From assembly GCA_047495785.1 (NCBI GenBank), contig JBLDXI010000042.1:4216001-4280000 (forward strand): 64,000 nucleotides of DNA. The letters run 5' to 3'. Shown piece by piece: positions 1 to 12,528 of this stretch. Position numbers and translations under genes: made by a program. Within the stretch, counting starts at the first letter, position 1. Every line of letters starts with the position of its first letter. Origin of the DNA: Lepidodermella squamata. Lineage: Eukaryota > Animalia > Gastrotricha. The notes beneath the pieces are model-generated. The model worked only from the letters and a program-made list of their open reading frames with translations. It was not told the origin of the DNA and did no database searches.

Positions 1-420
1 ATGAAATGAAGAACCAAATGAGCTTCAAAATTCGCGAGCAGCATCAGGTGTTGTTTTTCAACCTGATGTTATCCTGCTAACAGAATTTTGGCCACAATTG
101 TTAATTTTGGCCACCTGATACTCAGCAAACATTTTTAAATCGTCAAGCGATAAACTTCTGGTGTTGTATACGAATTTTATGCATCCTCGCTCTCTGCAAT
201 AGCCGCTCGTGCCCTGACTCGGCCTGACTGGCGCCTCGTCAGATAAAATTCAGCTCGAGCGGCTGTCGCCGAGAGCTTGTATGATAACATACTCTTACTT
301 CACAGCAGCCAGTGAATGGCTTGCACTGCGACTTGATTGGACAACTTGGCCATTTTAGCCACTGGCTACCAGTCACCAAGCGAGGAGCTGGATCTTTCCT
401 TTTTATAAACCACTTTAGAA

Positions 421-1120
421 GCACATTTTCAGGCCCGCCTTCGTTACGGCTCTGCGCGCGCTCCTATTGGTCAGCTCATTTTAAACTGAAATCAAAGGGC
501 AATCTATGAATTTCACGTCGGCTTTTACATCAAAATGAAGTAAATTGAATTCTCTATCGATTGAATATAGATTTGTTACGATTGAAATTTGATAATTAAA
601 CATTGTACGTGCACAATTTTTACTTAGTGGTGCGCTCGTGTGAGGTCACCCGCCCTTATTTTTCGGTGCACGTGAAACTTGTTCCCTTTCAATTTTTTGA
701 GCGGGAACCCTATATTCAATCGATAGAGGATTGAATTCTCTTTATTTTGGCATAAAAACCGACACAAAAAGTTACTCTTTGACAACTGCGCGCGCGGTAA
801 AATTAGCGATAAATAACAGTGCGCCCGACTTGGGCGAGTGAGCGTGCCTTGTAAATATGTCATAAAGTTAGCCATGTTTGCTTATTTTTCGTACCTACCC
901 TGCAAATTTTATATCGATAGATAAAGATTTTTTCGGTTAAAATTCTGTTTTATAAATCTGATAAAATATATGCGAAATGCGCGACTTTTTTGGGTTGAAA
1001 TTGATTCAGCCGTGCACGCACGCGTTTACGGCGCGCGTGTGTTGCGTAACAGTGTGCGCGAAATGGCCGGCCAATAGGAGCGCGCGCAGAGCCGTAACGT
1101 AGGCGGGCCTGATAATGTGC
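421..1120. mobile_element. Non-autonomous TIR element (MITE, Mutator-like), 700 bp
   Basis: 421-470 (GCACATTTTCAGGCCCGCC...CTCCTATTGG) is the near-perfect reverse complement of 1071-1120. Exact 9-bp direct repeat ACTTTAGAA at 412-420 and 1121-1129. No credible internal ORF. Confidence 0.85.
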
Positions 1121-1772
1121 ACTTTAGAAAACACTTAGAAAACACGTGTTTCAAAGTACAATTCCCGAATTTCGTAGCCCGAATTCGCCCAAATCGAGCG
1201 AGTATCCAGTTTAGGTTCAGAAGCGAAGCTTTTAAGCAGACTTAGGAATGAGGCCGATTTGAGCGTCATTTCGGAAAGCGGAAAGAATTGATGATAAGCC
1301 ATGGAAATTCGGTGGCTGGCCGTGGTAAGCCGTGGAAAGCGAAGAAAAACGCGCGGTTTCAATGGAAAGTCGTGCAATTGTGTGCGCGAGCGGTTGCGCA
1401 ACCAAAACGCGGCTAAAAGCCGTGGAGTGCGCGAATGAGTGCGTGGAATTAATTGTGTGCGCAATAACCTCGGGCAGGAGAAAGGAGAAATTTCTATAAC
1501 GACGTTTTCCGCGTCGTTTTAAATACAATGGCGCACTGAGAACAATAGCGGGTCATTGTAGTGTTTTACGTATCATTTTATTTCCGTTTCCGCCCATTCC
1601 TTGATATCCCAAAATATATTACGAATTAAACAACACTTTCATCGAATGCGCCTCTTTATTTCGAATCTAACAGTATAAATTTGTTATCCGATTTCAGATT
1701 TTTTCAATACAATATATCCCTATTTTCAGAAAAAAACTGGCCGCTTACAAATGCTCAACTTGAAACAGTAAA

Positions 1773-2740
1773 TTAATCGGCGGTGTGAAGGCGATTATTG
1801 TGGCGCGCCCGGTCGGCGTCGCTCAAAAACGAGTAGCTGGGGCAAATTTTGCAGCGACCAAATTGAGGAGGACGAGAATTGAGGAGCTCGATTGGCGCCC
1901 GCCGAGCCGCCTTTTCGCGCAGCTGCTCGAATTTCTGGTAGTGGCCGGGTCGCGCCGGGTCGTGCTCCGGATCAGGCAAGCCTTGACTGACCAGGTATTG
2001 ATGCAACTCCGACGTGGGACTCGGCAATGACGAGCATGCGGGGCTGTCGGATTTTCGGCACCGGTTGAAGATGAGCTAACCGAAGCGGCTAAATTTTTTA
2101 AATATATTTCAATTATTTCAAATATTCCATTTTAATTCAGTTTAATGAAAAATTAAAATTAAAAATAACACGATAATAAAATAATAAAATAATAAATGCA
2201 GAAAACTTACTAATCAATGTGTTTATCGGCTAAAACGAGCTGCCGTAGAAGCCGCTTGTTAGTTTTCTGCCGTTGTTAGCTCGGCTTCTTTTCATTCACG
2301 AAGTCGTGCTCTTCCTGGGTGACGAGGAATTCGTCGAGACACGGCCGTTTTTCAGTCACGTGCTTGATGGTGACGTGCGTCTTTTTGAGATTACCGAGCG
2401 TGGTTACCGTGTCTAGCGCGGCATTCACAGCCATTTCGCGCCTTTTCGGCTCATCATTGGGATAGATCTCGCGCCAGACGTCTGGATGCGCAGTTGTCTG
2501 GTCGATGTAGCACTCGTTGACTCGCGACCACATGCGCTCGATCTAAGAAAGACGAACACTATATTCTTTTTACTTATTAAACACGCTGGTTTTCGAATTT
2601 CATGCGAGAAGCGAGACAAATTCAGGCTCATATCTAAAAATGAGGTGATAAGCCATACCTTATTGCGGCAGCTGAAACCAGGTGCATAATGGCCCACCAC
2701 CATGGCGCAGATCGGCGATGAGTTACGCAGATTTACCTAA
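1773..2740 (-). pseudogene. Degenerate intron-containing DDE-transposase-like gene fragment with C-terminal CxxC...HxxxxH finger
   Basis: Splicing a GT-AG intron at 2543-2658 gives HYAPGFSCRNK|IERMWSRVNE, resembling the YA...S..N.IE..WS motif of IS630/Tc1-related transposases. In-frame TAA at 2276-2278 and a later frame change. Last segment has PGHYQKF and CKICPSYSFLSDADRARHNNRLH. Confidence 0.55.
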
Positions 2741-3499
2741 CCCCAGGGCATATGGGGCGAAACTACGTGTTCTCTTTTACATTTCCCCTAAACGTCTCGT
2801 TCGAATTTTTTACTAATGAAATCAGTGCCAGATTTTATGGAGATTGGAATGCAACAGAAGTTGAATGAATCCCTTGGTATGGTAGCAATTACAGTCAGCA
2901 GGCAGCGCCATCCCATTTCGATGGAATCCTCTCCAAGAAGGTCACTTTGGCGAAAAACCACCACATTATGAGTAAAGAACAACTTTACTCTTGCAGTAGC
3001 TAACCTTTTATTTCAGCCAATCGCTAAAAAGCAAAATCATAACCACCACTCTCAAGAGATTTCTCACAATAATATCACTTTGCGACTCGACGACCATCTC
3101 CACAATCACGCGTTCAAGCCACTACATCTCGCCGATGCCAGTTAACCATTGGTTGAGACGCATTTAGTTGAGACGTCACTTCTCTCGTGCCGTAGGGGCA
3201 GGAGCCGCGATTGGGCTTGTTGCAAAACTCCCGCCGGTGTGCGGATGCGGTTTTGGCGGCTGCTTCTTATGCTATTGGTGACCCCGGACGAAAAAAGTTA
3301 ATCAAATGCGACTTTTCTCATGTTTTTACAAGATTTCTAAGTAGGGTTTTTTGGGATTTAATTTTGAATTAGCGTAATATATCGAGAAAATGCAAATATC
3401 GTAAAAGTGCTAGTGAAATATGCTAAATATGCTAGAATGCTAAAATATGCTGAAAGTGCTAGAAAAGGAAAGAGCAATTATTGATGATCAATCAAGAAA

Positions 3500-3697
3500 T
3501 CAATCAAGAAAAAACTCGTGAACATAGTGCACCTTTGGGTTCGGGAGGCGCTCGGCTTCTTGCAGAACTTCCGATTCAGCTTCAGCTACGACGGCGATCA
3601 CAACGCAAGCCTAAAATAAAATACGTAACTTTATGATATATGGAAATAACTCATATACTGAACTTACGACAATAGCAAGAGCAAGGTAGCCTTTCAT
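3500..3697 (-). CDS. Small secreted peptide precursor, 46 aa, 2 exons (absent from ORF track)
   Basis: Exons 3668-3697 and 3500-3610; 57-nt intron GTAAGT...TTTTAG. Translation MKGYLALAIVACVVIAVVAEAESEVLQEAERLPNPKVHYVHEFFLD: signal peptide plus acidic spacer. Confidence 0.75.
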
Positions 3698-4979
3698 TGC
3701 GAATTTCAACTATTAGGACTGAACAAAAGTGTTTAGGAGATGAGAAAAATGCAGAATGACACTTTGTCGCTCTGCCCATTCGATGAGCAGTTCGCTACAC
3801 CTGCTCAAACATATTGCTGTGCCAAGTCGCCCGGGTGCTCATGAAATGGCATGCCAAGGGCAAAGCCTCTAAGAGAAAAATAACAGCTGAAAAATTGAAA
3901 ATTAAGTGAAAGGAGGCTTTTCGCATGCCAATATTAATATGATAATAAAGATAAAACTCCACTCGCCAATTTTACTGAAGTATAAGGAAAGCATTATGAG
4001 AAGCAATTTCAGCGCGAAAATGTATTTCAGCAATTTAGATGATCACTTGTCATATAGCTTTCTATGAGTTTTCGGTTGATTTAATTTAGTGTTGATGTTG
4101 ATAAGGTTGCTGTTAGAGTCGTCACGAACTCACGTATTCATCCTTTTCCGCTATTTTTTTCCATGAAAAGGATAATTTTAGTTACCGGTCCTTACTTGGC
4201 TAGCACGCACCGGTCGCTGCACTCGTGCCAAGTGGCCACATGTTGCAGGGGGTGTGCCCCGATATATTATCTTGCCCTACGTGGCTCTGAAGATCAGTTC
4301 GCTACTAGTCGAATTGTATTACCTCGGCTTTTGTTGTTCGCTGACCGGAGACCGTCATATTCCTTTTCGTTTGATATTAAATATCGCACTGCCATTGCTT
4401 GATTCAACACGACTTCGTTATGTTTGCGATTTGTTGCTTTAATCACCGTTCTCATCATGATTGAATAATATTCACGCACAACCATAATACCATAAATAGT
4501 ATAGCACAATTGAAATGGTTAAATACATGATCAGGCCAGAGATGTCCAAAGCTCCGACACTGGGTACTTTGCTCCAGGTTGCGAAATTTGCTTGCTGGGA
4601 TCTGAGATTAAAACCGCCCGGATATTGCATCCGTGTTAGATTTCAATAAACTTTATCGTATCTATAAATTCATTTTTAAAGCAATATCTACTCATGGAGC
4701 GCGGCGACCATGGAGCTGGAGCTGTTAATTTCGACCTTGATAATGTGTCATGAGTCATGAATCATGGAGACAGTCATAATTCCTTGGATTTCTCATCATA
4801 TGTTAAATCAAATAACCAGGGCCTCATTGAGAGATTGATCGAGCCAGAGAACTAAATTCTAGCATCAGAGCAGCTGTTCATACAACACTGCTAATGCGCT
4901 CAATCCTGCGCTGCCACTCATCATTTGAAAAACATTTGATTCAATATAATTTCATCGTAACTATCATTTTTTTAGTAAA

Positions 4980-5429
4980 ATGAAGTATATTTTCTTTATT
5001 ATCTGCCTCTTTATACCGCATTCATCTGCCGTGATTCTTGAAGGAGATGATGGACCTGCGATAGCTATAGACTCTCCAGAGTTTAATAACTATAACAGGC
5101 GAAATAAAGTGAATATGGCTGGACCCCAACACATCTTCGACATTAAAACGCCTGAAGAATGCGAGCGACGATGCAAGGAAGAAAATCCAAATTTCCTCTG
5201 GGTTAAGCACTTCAATCCTGTCGAAGCATGTATCTGCTTCAACTATCACCCTGACAAGTACTACACAAATGTATTGTATGGCGATGCTGAATGCGAGCAA
5301 GTGTGCCAAAGTAAAAATCTGCCCCATTACTTCAACGAGTTGCCCAACAGCCTCGGATTCGGTGATTGCGAGTGCTACGCTGATGCTAGCGATAAACCTC
5401 TTCTAGGCGAGGTAACTTTTGCAGGTTGA
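4980..5429 (+). CDS. Secreted Cys-rich protein with two CxxxC...CxC units (family member 1)
   Basis: Signal peptide MKYIFFIICLFIPHSSA; EECERRC...CICF and AECEQVC...CECY. Clear paralog of 15340-15762 (shared HPDK and KNLPH). Confidence 0.85.
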   Translation: MKYIFFIICLFIPHSSAVILEGDDGPAIAIDSPEFNNYNRRNKVNMAGPQHIFDIKTPEECERRCKEENPNFLWVKHFNPVEACICFNYHPDKYYTNVLYGDAECEQVCQSKNLPHYFNELPNSLGFGDCECYADASDKPLLGEVTFAG

Positions 5430-5544
5430 AAAAATACCTGAACTCTTCGTCATATTATACTTGGTAAACTATAGCAATAAAAAAAGCACGAGAAAACATA
5501 TGGATCAGTCACTTCACAACATGCACATTGTCATAAATTTGCGG

Positions 5545-7659
5545 CTAAGCTTTGATTACTGAGTAAGCCAGAACATGAATCGTAATCATTCCAGCAATCG
5601 CTAGAAGAAATGCCACAAAGTCAATGACTCGGATGAATGATATAGCGATACCCCCGAGTTTGATCCTCCTCGAAAAGCAATTTTTCCCATCCCCAGCCGA
5701 TCCTAGGCAACAAGCGAGTAGCTTATAGAGAGTGCACAAGCTCACGATGACTGAGAGCTGAAAGATGTAGTCACTCAGCAGGATGCTATTAGAAGTTTTC
5801 GGGACACCCTGCAGCACGCTTGATTCCGTGAAGGTCAAAGCAAGAACGATTGTCACAGAAAATGCAGCCCGATCCGGCGCATCAGGGGGCAGGATAAAAG
5901 CCCCAAGGTCGATTATGACCAGAATCAAACTCGGGATCACGAAATTGTTAACGTAGTAATTGGACCTGCGCGACATTTTCAGGCTGTATGTGACTACAGC
6001 TGAGCCAGGGCTGTTCCAATTGATCCTAGAATAAGTAACCGTAGCTTTACAGGTTTCATCGGGAAAGGTCCAACTTGGCGTGTCGTCCAACGTGCAGTAA
6101 AACTCAGCTTTGTCAAAAATGACGAGATTCAACGCTCTTTGCAATGCGAATGAATAGTCGCAAGTTTGCTCATCGAATGGAAATTTCCGCAAGTCAAGTT
6201 TGCAAGAAGCTTTGAAGTAACCTCTTACCGACCACCAAAAGTTCAGGGTGAAGTTCTCGGATGGCGGCATTTTCTCAATTGTTCCGATCAAATCTTCGCC
6301 GAAAGAATCGCCAGTCATAAATTCGTTCTCTGAGCTTGACACAAACAAAGTCCTAGGGGTCCAGACTTCGGAAGAATCGGCGATGAATAGGCGATTTACT
6401 GGATATTTCTCGAGGCTGTAACTCTTGAAGTTGCAGGTAGTAACCTGCCATGACAGGAGCAGAGTTGCTTTCAAAGTCGCCGTTTCTTCGACGTCATTAA
6501 CATCTGCGAGTTTACTCGCGATCAATTGAGGCTTTACTTTTGTCGGCATGCCATTGTTTGTTGGAGCGAGAACACTTTTCGCGGATATATCCATGCATTC
6601 CTGAGTTAGTTCAGCGGTGGTGAACTCTGGAACAGATGTTTCCAAAGGCAATGCAGGAATTAAGTTTGCAACAGCTGGGGAAAAATCAGTTAGCATAAAT
6701 TGAAACGGAAGCCTTCGGAGATATTCTTACGCGATACGTTTAAGATCGCTATCGTAGCAGCAGAAGTCGGCTTATTCTGAACTGTTGTAACAGAATGGGT
6801 TGGCGTTGTTACGTCAAGTGTTGCCGAAGCGACAGTAGGTGCCTCTGTAATCGGGCTCACTTCTGCTGCCTTTGAAGTGACCGTAGCTGTCTCAGTTTTC
6901 GGGTTCGCTTCTTCTGCTTTTGAAGTGATCGTAGCTGGTTGCGGGCTCGCTTCTGCTTCCTTTGAAGTGGCCGTAGCTGTCCCTGCAATCGGGCTTGATT
7001 CTGGCGACTTTGATGTCCTTTGTGCAACAGTTGGAGCTGATGAAGCTAAGCTGGTCGTTTCAGGATTAACAACAGCTTTAGTTGATGGTGGCTGGGAAGT
7101 CGTGATTGCTGTTAAGAAGGGGGCAGTGATATCAACCTATGCAATTAAGTCAATTGAGACCTGTTTCGCACTTGGGGCCCATCCAGCCAACGGTACACTC
7201 ACAAATTCCACGCCAACACGTGCCTCCATTGCCGCAAACAACTAGTTACGTGTTACGTGGCAATATGCAGTCAATTATTTAAAATAATTATGTTTACCAA
7301 CCATTTGCGCAGCATCGAAATTTTGTTATATCTGATAAATTCCACGAAACTCCCAAGCCGTCCATCTTGCATTCAGCTGCCTTGAAAGTATTGTCAGCAC
7401 ACACGATTTTGACTTTGCTCCCTAAGCCATAAAGCCTGTCTATTGTAACAGGCTGGTACAATCCAGCTACAGTACCATAAACCTCCCCTATTTGATCGTT
7501 TCCATATTCAATGCTCGGGCAAGTTAGCTCAGCCATTGAGATAACGAGTTGATAAAAGATCACAATGACTGGTTATAAATATTGTTTTAGGCAAAGAACA
7601 GCGAAGACAAACTTCTGACCTTTCTGAAGCCTTGAACCGTGGCATCCAAACATATCCAT
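5545..7659 (-). CDS. Cys-loop ligand-gated ion channel subunit with N-terminal Sushi-like + EGF + mucin-like stalk (about 631 aa, 5 exons)
   Basis: Exons 7620-7659, 7302-7568, 7161-7241, 6731-7108, 5545-6674; all four introns GT-AG, 51-60 nt, phase 1. EGF CCANVVCGNGGTCWRGICECTVGWMGPKC; T/S/A/P-rich repeats; VWTP; Cys-loop CKLDLRKFPFDEQTC; RRSNYY pre-M1; four hydrophobic segments. Confidence 0.8.
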
Positions 7660-7860
7660 GGGGATGCCGATTTGATAGGAAATTCCACTCGAGGTGAATT
7701 GAGCAGATCAAACGTTCTTTCTGATCTTTTGTAAAATTGTTCAGCGATAATTACAAAAATTCAATAAAGGCATTCGTTAGTTTATTACACGCATTTCCGG
7801 GTTAAGAAGGTACAGACATTTTGATACGTATGACAAAAAGTGATCCTAGGATTTGATTGT

Positions 7861-9237
7861 TCAAACAGACGAGCCCTTTTTGCTGATATTATACATCGAG
7901 TATTTCGCATCGCCCGTCACTTCCTTTTCAATCTGCAGAAAGCTAGGCAGGGCAATATTGCGATCAGGCAGGCTGTACGTCACCAGAAGCATTGACGACG
8001 GGTTGAACTTCGGACTTTCAACGACATCCCACTGAAAATACTGCTTCTCGTAGATGAAGCAATGACGATTGATGATGACTAACTCACGGTCTTGGTCCCG
8101 CTCTGTAGCTTCAAGTAATTCGAAATCAGCCTGAGTAATCGCCCGTCTCGTATCTAGAGGTCGGCCGTCTTCACCAAATTTTCGAATCGTTTGTTGATAA
8201 GAGCAGCTTTCACTTTTGGTCGGATGGGTTGATTTTCCACGTTGCCGGGCCCAAGTTTGAACATTGCCTAGTGATTTGAGGTATACCTCGCGGACGACAA
8301 ATTCTTCTGAGATATTTGGCCGGGGGACATTCGGAGCCACACTTTTGACTAGCCACTTTCTTTTTACAGCTCCGGTTTCAAATCGATCAGATGTGTCAAT
8401 TCCTATACGTGTAAACATGCATTGCAGTGATCGCTTCAGTTTGGCCTGAAAGCCGCCAGTGTTGTCAATAATGTCTAGATAGGGGTGGCCGATCCAGGCC
8501 TCTTGAAGGCGTTGGTCCCGCTCACGAGCTACCTCAGGAGTTTCACTCCTAGCAGCATTGTTAGCGGTCGTGTAAAATTTCTCAGCGCCATCAGCTGCAG
8601 TTACCAGGTGAATCACGGTGTCGTATCGCTTTTCACGAAGATCGGCATCGGACCACTTATTTTCAGCTTTAAGACGCTCCCACGCTTCAGGGCCCATATC
8701 TTTAAAAGATTCCTTTAGTAAACCTCATTAAATATTTTGGAAATTCTTACAAGCTTTGATATCGGTGCATCCGCGATCGTAAATGATGATGACGTCCTTT
8801 TCCTGAAGTTTAGCTGAGTCTAGAACAGCATCTTCGAATTGCATCATGCATTTAATCATGTTGACGTTGAACCAAAATCTCTCCTCATCAGGCATTTCAC
8901 CCGGCTTCATGCCAGCCCTGAAAAACACAGCTGTTTCAGATGAATGATGATTCTGATTCAAACTAACATGATGAAAAGAGTTGCCATCTCTGGGACCAAG
9001 TAAACCTGAATGGAAAAGCTTGTGGAAGGCATTTTCATAGTCGGAATCGGCTTACCTTCCATCCTAGACTTTCAAAGGTTGTGGTAAGTTGCTGTTGCAC
9101 AGTAGTTTTACCACCGCAAGGCCCTTTTTGGAGATCAAATTATAACTGAAAGCTTGGACCGAAAGTCGATTCAACTCACCTCCTGTGAGTACAAGGCGAT
9201 GAATTCGCTTGCCATTGACATTTTTCGGCACCTCCAT
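7861..9237 (-). CDS. Ttd14: TRPL translocation defect protein 14-like (AAA_28/NadR-type P-loop plus CYTH-like domain), multi-exon
   Basis: Spliced LVLTGG|PCGGKTT P-loop, [44 protein letters not shown]...YSMYNIS. An upstream in-frame extension to 9492 is possible. Confidence 0.8.
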
Positions 9238-10190
9238 CTCAGAGAAAGAGCAAATCTGTCTGCAATAAGAGCGAATTATGTTCTGCCGATGTTTGCTGAG
9301 TAGCGCCTGTTTGAGAATCACCGAGCGGTTATCTAGATCATTCGAGGCCACCGACCGGTAGCTGAAAGCTGATGCAGTAATAGATTGATAGCGAGATGTG
9401 CGCCTTAAAACAAGCCACAAGGCGGTTAGCTCGCTGAGAAATGCAGCATGCCGTATTGTAAATATGAGTGGATACGCAATAGCGCGGCTCATATATAGAA
9501 ATGCACTGGCATATGATCAATACATGAAAAGCTTTTTCATATGTGAGTAAGGCTATTCAGCATGGGTATTTTTTCTATTATTAGTGTGCGATAAAATGCA
9601 ATAATAATATAGCGGCTTATTTTTGCCGCAAAACATGCCGCATTTTCGGTGAGGTTCATAATTATGAGCCATACCACTCCTTCTGTTAAGGTAGCTTCCC
9701 CGTTCGGGACAACTTGAAAAAAGCACAGAAATAACCGAAATGTCAAATGAAATATGGGGTTACGTGCAATAGATAATTTCAAGAGAATTATGGGTATCTT
9801 TGAATTAATTGAGAAACACTCTTTTCAGTTTAAAAAAATTCTCTTGAAATTATGATACAAAGTCCTCATTTCAAACTTATCAAATTGTACTCGCCATTTA
9901 CAAACGTTTGCAGACAAGTACCTATTTGTTCAGTTTTATCTAAATTAAAGTTAAATTAGATACATATAGATAAGATATGCGAAGAGCAAAATAGCAAAAT
10001 ACGAGAATTAGAACGTCCAACATTTGAAGGCTAAAAGACTGCCTTTATCGCCAGGCAACATAACTCCAGATAAGAAAAATTATGGGCTGAGACACCAAAG
10101 CTGGAGTGATTATACATATTTTAACCTATAAAATTGAAAAGATTCTTGTATAAAGATTCTTCATCTTGCTCGTCTTTTATGCCTCACATA

Positions 10191-11501
10191 ATGAAAACAG
10201 CAGCCATATACTTGCTTTCAACGATTATTATTTCTTCAACCCAAGCTGATCAATGGTGGACCAATGTGGGGGGTGATTCATCGCATTCAGGCTACAGGCC
10301 TGACGTTCTTGGAGAGGCCTCGGCAAGTCCGGAATTCTACAAACGATGGGAAAAAACTGTGAGTTCTATCCATGAATACTTCACCATCCAGCCTTTGGTC
10401 TTTCAAGGCTTCATCTACCTTCAAAGCGCTAAGGGCACATTCTACGTGGTACGCGAAACGGACGGCGAATTGGCTGCAACAATCGATATTGAACTTCCGA
10501 ACCCAGACGACCCTAAGATGATAGCACAGCCATTGATCTGCTACGGAAGTAACAGCAGGCCGTATTTAATTTCTCGGATTAATACGATAAAACCCTTGGA
10601 ATCGACGTTCCTCGCAATTGATATTGAGACAAAGAACATAACAAGTAAAATGAACGAGTCACTGGAAGATGAATATACCGGCACAGAATTCCGCATGTCC
10701 TGCAGTCGGCATGGCGTGCTTTACGCAGCTGGAACTGAGGACTCGAATATAGTTAAGGCTCTGACAATACCATATTTTCAGAAGCAATTCGATGTGGATA
10801 TAAATAATAAGTCAGTTTACTCATCAGCGGTCTATAAGGAGGAACGGGTATTCATCTCATCTTATGGCCGGCTATATGAGTTGCATCCTCTCACCGGAGC
10901 TATTTTGAACGACATAACCGTGGATGCGGCTCTCGACAATGGTGGCCGGTGGACGCCGATAGTCGCTAAAGACATGATGATCGCTGTTAGCGTCAGGGGT
11001 CCTGACATCCTGACGTATTTGCATGGTATAGACCTTACATCCCCAACACCCTCAGTTAAATGGACCACCCCTGCTCTTAGCCGCGTTAGAAATACGCCAT
11101 CGATGGCGAGTGATGGAAACTTTACATATTTCGTTGTACCAGAGGGCAAAACGTCGATTGCAGTTATTCGCAACACCGATGGAGAGTTGGTAAAGACCAT
11201 GAAATGCAAAGAATCGCTGGATCCGGACAGTTCCACCATAATTGTGACTGAGGATTTCATCTTTACAGACGCATGCTCGACTTTAACGGCCTTCAGCAAA
11301 ACAAGTGGTGCTATTGTACTGCAGAATCAGTTAGACGTTAGGAGTATTATAACGTATCACGATCACACGGTCTATGCTATTCAACGCGAGTTTGATTGGC
11401 TTATTGGGTCTTACAGGGTCAGCTCAGCTTTTCGTGATTCGTCGCCGTACTTTTCTTTGTTAATATCGGCTCTGCTTGCTGTGAAATTCATGCTTAACTG
11501 A
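10191..11501 (+). CDS. Secreted, probably GPI-anchored PQQ-like (BamB-type) beta-propeller protein A, intronless
   Basis: Signal peptide MKTAAIYLL...TQA; WWTNVGGDSSHSGY; blade-like segments (LYELHPLTGAIL, VKWT); hydrophobic C-terminus; TATAAA about 40 nt upstream. Confidence 0.8.
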   Translation: MKTAAIYLLSTIIISSTQADQWWTNVGGDSSHSGYRPDVLGEASASPEFYKRWEKTVSSIHEYFTIQPLVFQGFIYLQSAKGTFYVVRETDGELAATIDIELPNPDDPKMIAQPLICYGSNSRPYLISRINTIKPLESTFLAIDIETKNITSKMNESLEDEYTGTEFRMSCSRHGVLYAAGTEDSNIVKALTIPYFQKQFDVDINNKSVYSSAVYKEERVFISSYGRLYELHPLTGAILNDITVDAALDNGGRWTPIVAKDMMIAVSVRGPDILTYLHGIDLTSPTPSVKWTTPALSRVRNTPSMASDGNFTYFVVPEGKTSIAVIRNTDGELVKTMKCKESLDPDSSTIIVTEDFIFTDACSTLTAFSKTSGAIVLQNQLDVRSIITYHDHTVYAIQREFDWLIGSYRVSSAFRDSSPYFSLLISALLAVKFMLN

Positions 11502-11710
11502 AGTACTTGAATGAACTGAAAATGATTAATCTGCTCTCTTCGCGATGACTTGAGCTATGGAGTGCGCCGGCCAACTCTCATCCGTAGGTACCCGAATATA
11601 GACGAAGATAGCTGTTTGCCAAAAACAGCTCTCGATTAGACTGATGTAGTTAACAAGTATTGAATGAATATGGTATGAATATGGTATGAATATGGGGCCA
11701 TCGTAGTGTA

Positions 11711-11825
11711 CAGGGCGTTCGCGTAATAATACTACGGGTGAGCTAAAAATAGCTACAAAAAGCTAAATTGAATGCAAAAAGTAGCAAAGCTATTTTTAGA
11801 AGAGTATTATTACGCGAACACTCTG
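11711..11825. mobile_element. Tc1/mariner-type MITE, 115 bp
   Basis: Imperfect TIRs CAGGGCGTTCGCGTAATAATACT / AGTATTATTACGCGAACACTCTG flanked by TA on both sides. The paralogous stretch near 12886-12938 lacks it (empty site). Confidence 0.8.
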
Positions 11826-12015
11826 TATGAAGCGCAGTGAATAGAAGCAAAAGCGCGGTTTACCAGTGTTCCGATTTTTGCCCACTCAGTGGCAGACACA
11901 AAGAAATATTCCTTATTAAAACCGTTGAGAAAAGGGGTAGGGGTATATTTAATCGGCGTACACTTTTAAGACCTTATGAAGCCGGCCAGGTTTAGGGATT
12001 TCTTGAGTTAAAAAT

Positions 12016-12505
12016 GGGTGTGCCAACTGCACATAACTACTGAAAATAAAATTTCAGCACTAAATTTAAGGTTCCAGCACAAATTTGAAAGTCTCTCGCA
12101 CTATTCCTATTTGCGACTAAATCAACAACTCCAGCACTAAATATGCGTAGCCACCACCCAATTCTACTTTAATTACAACCGAGAATACCATCAAGAGATC
12201 ATCATTTATTAGTTTGCAAATTTTTGAAATCATTGCTTTCTTTTACAGCTGAGCTATTTAACTCGCTACGATTGATTGGCTCATTAAAAAATGAAATAAA
12301 ATAAATAGCTCAGACTTGATCCACCAGGGCGGGTTGAGCTTTTCGTTTGCGGCCTCGCTTAGCTGTAGGCCCGAGCGGAAGCTGCTCGGCAAGTTCAACC
12401 GGGAAAGAAACGTCGCCCAGGCGCATCTGTATACCAAGGGCGTGGTAACAGTGGTAAGTTTTGAGAAAATTCCCGCAACTGCACACTTGCTGCTCACCGT
12501 CAATC
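12016..12505 (-). mobile_element. Truncated copy of the MULE element (one TIR plus last SWIM-finger exon)
   Basis: Starts GGGTGTGCCAACTGCAC like 17366 and closely matches 17366-17833; encodes CSCGNFLKTYHCYH. Confidence 0.9.
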
Positions 12506-12528
12506 AATTCTATGTTTATTCTATGTTT

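Noticed and set aside
6877-7245. 122-aa plus-strand Val/Ala-rich ORF
   Set aside because: Antisense shadow of the mucin and EGF exons of the minus-strand channel gene.
10134-10190. ORF-track N-terminal extensions (also 13567, 20400, 28801)
   Set aside because: They begin at TTG codons; downstream ATGs directly precede signal or anchor sequences.
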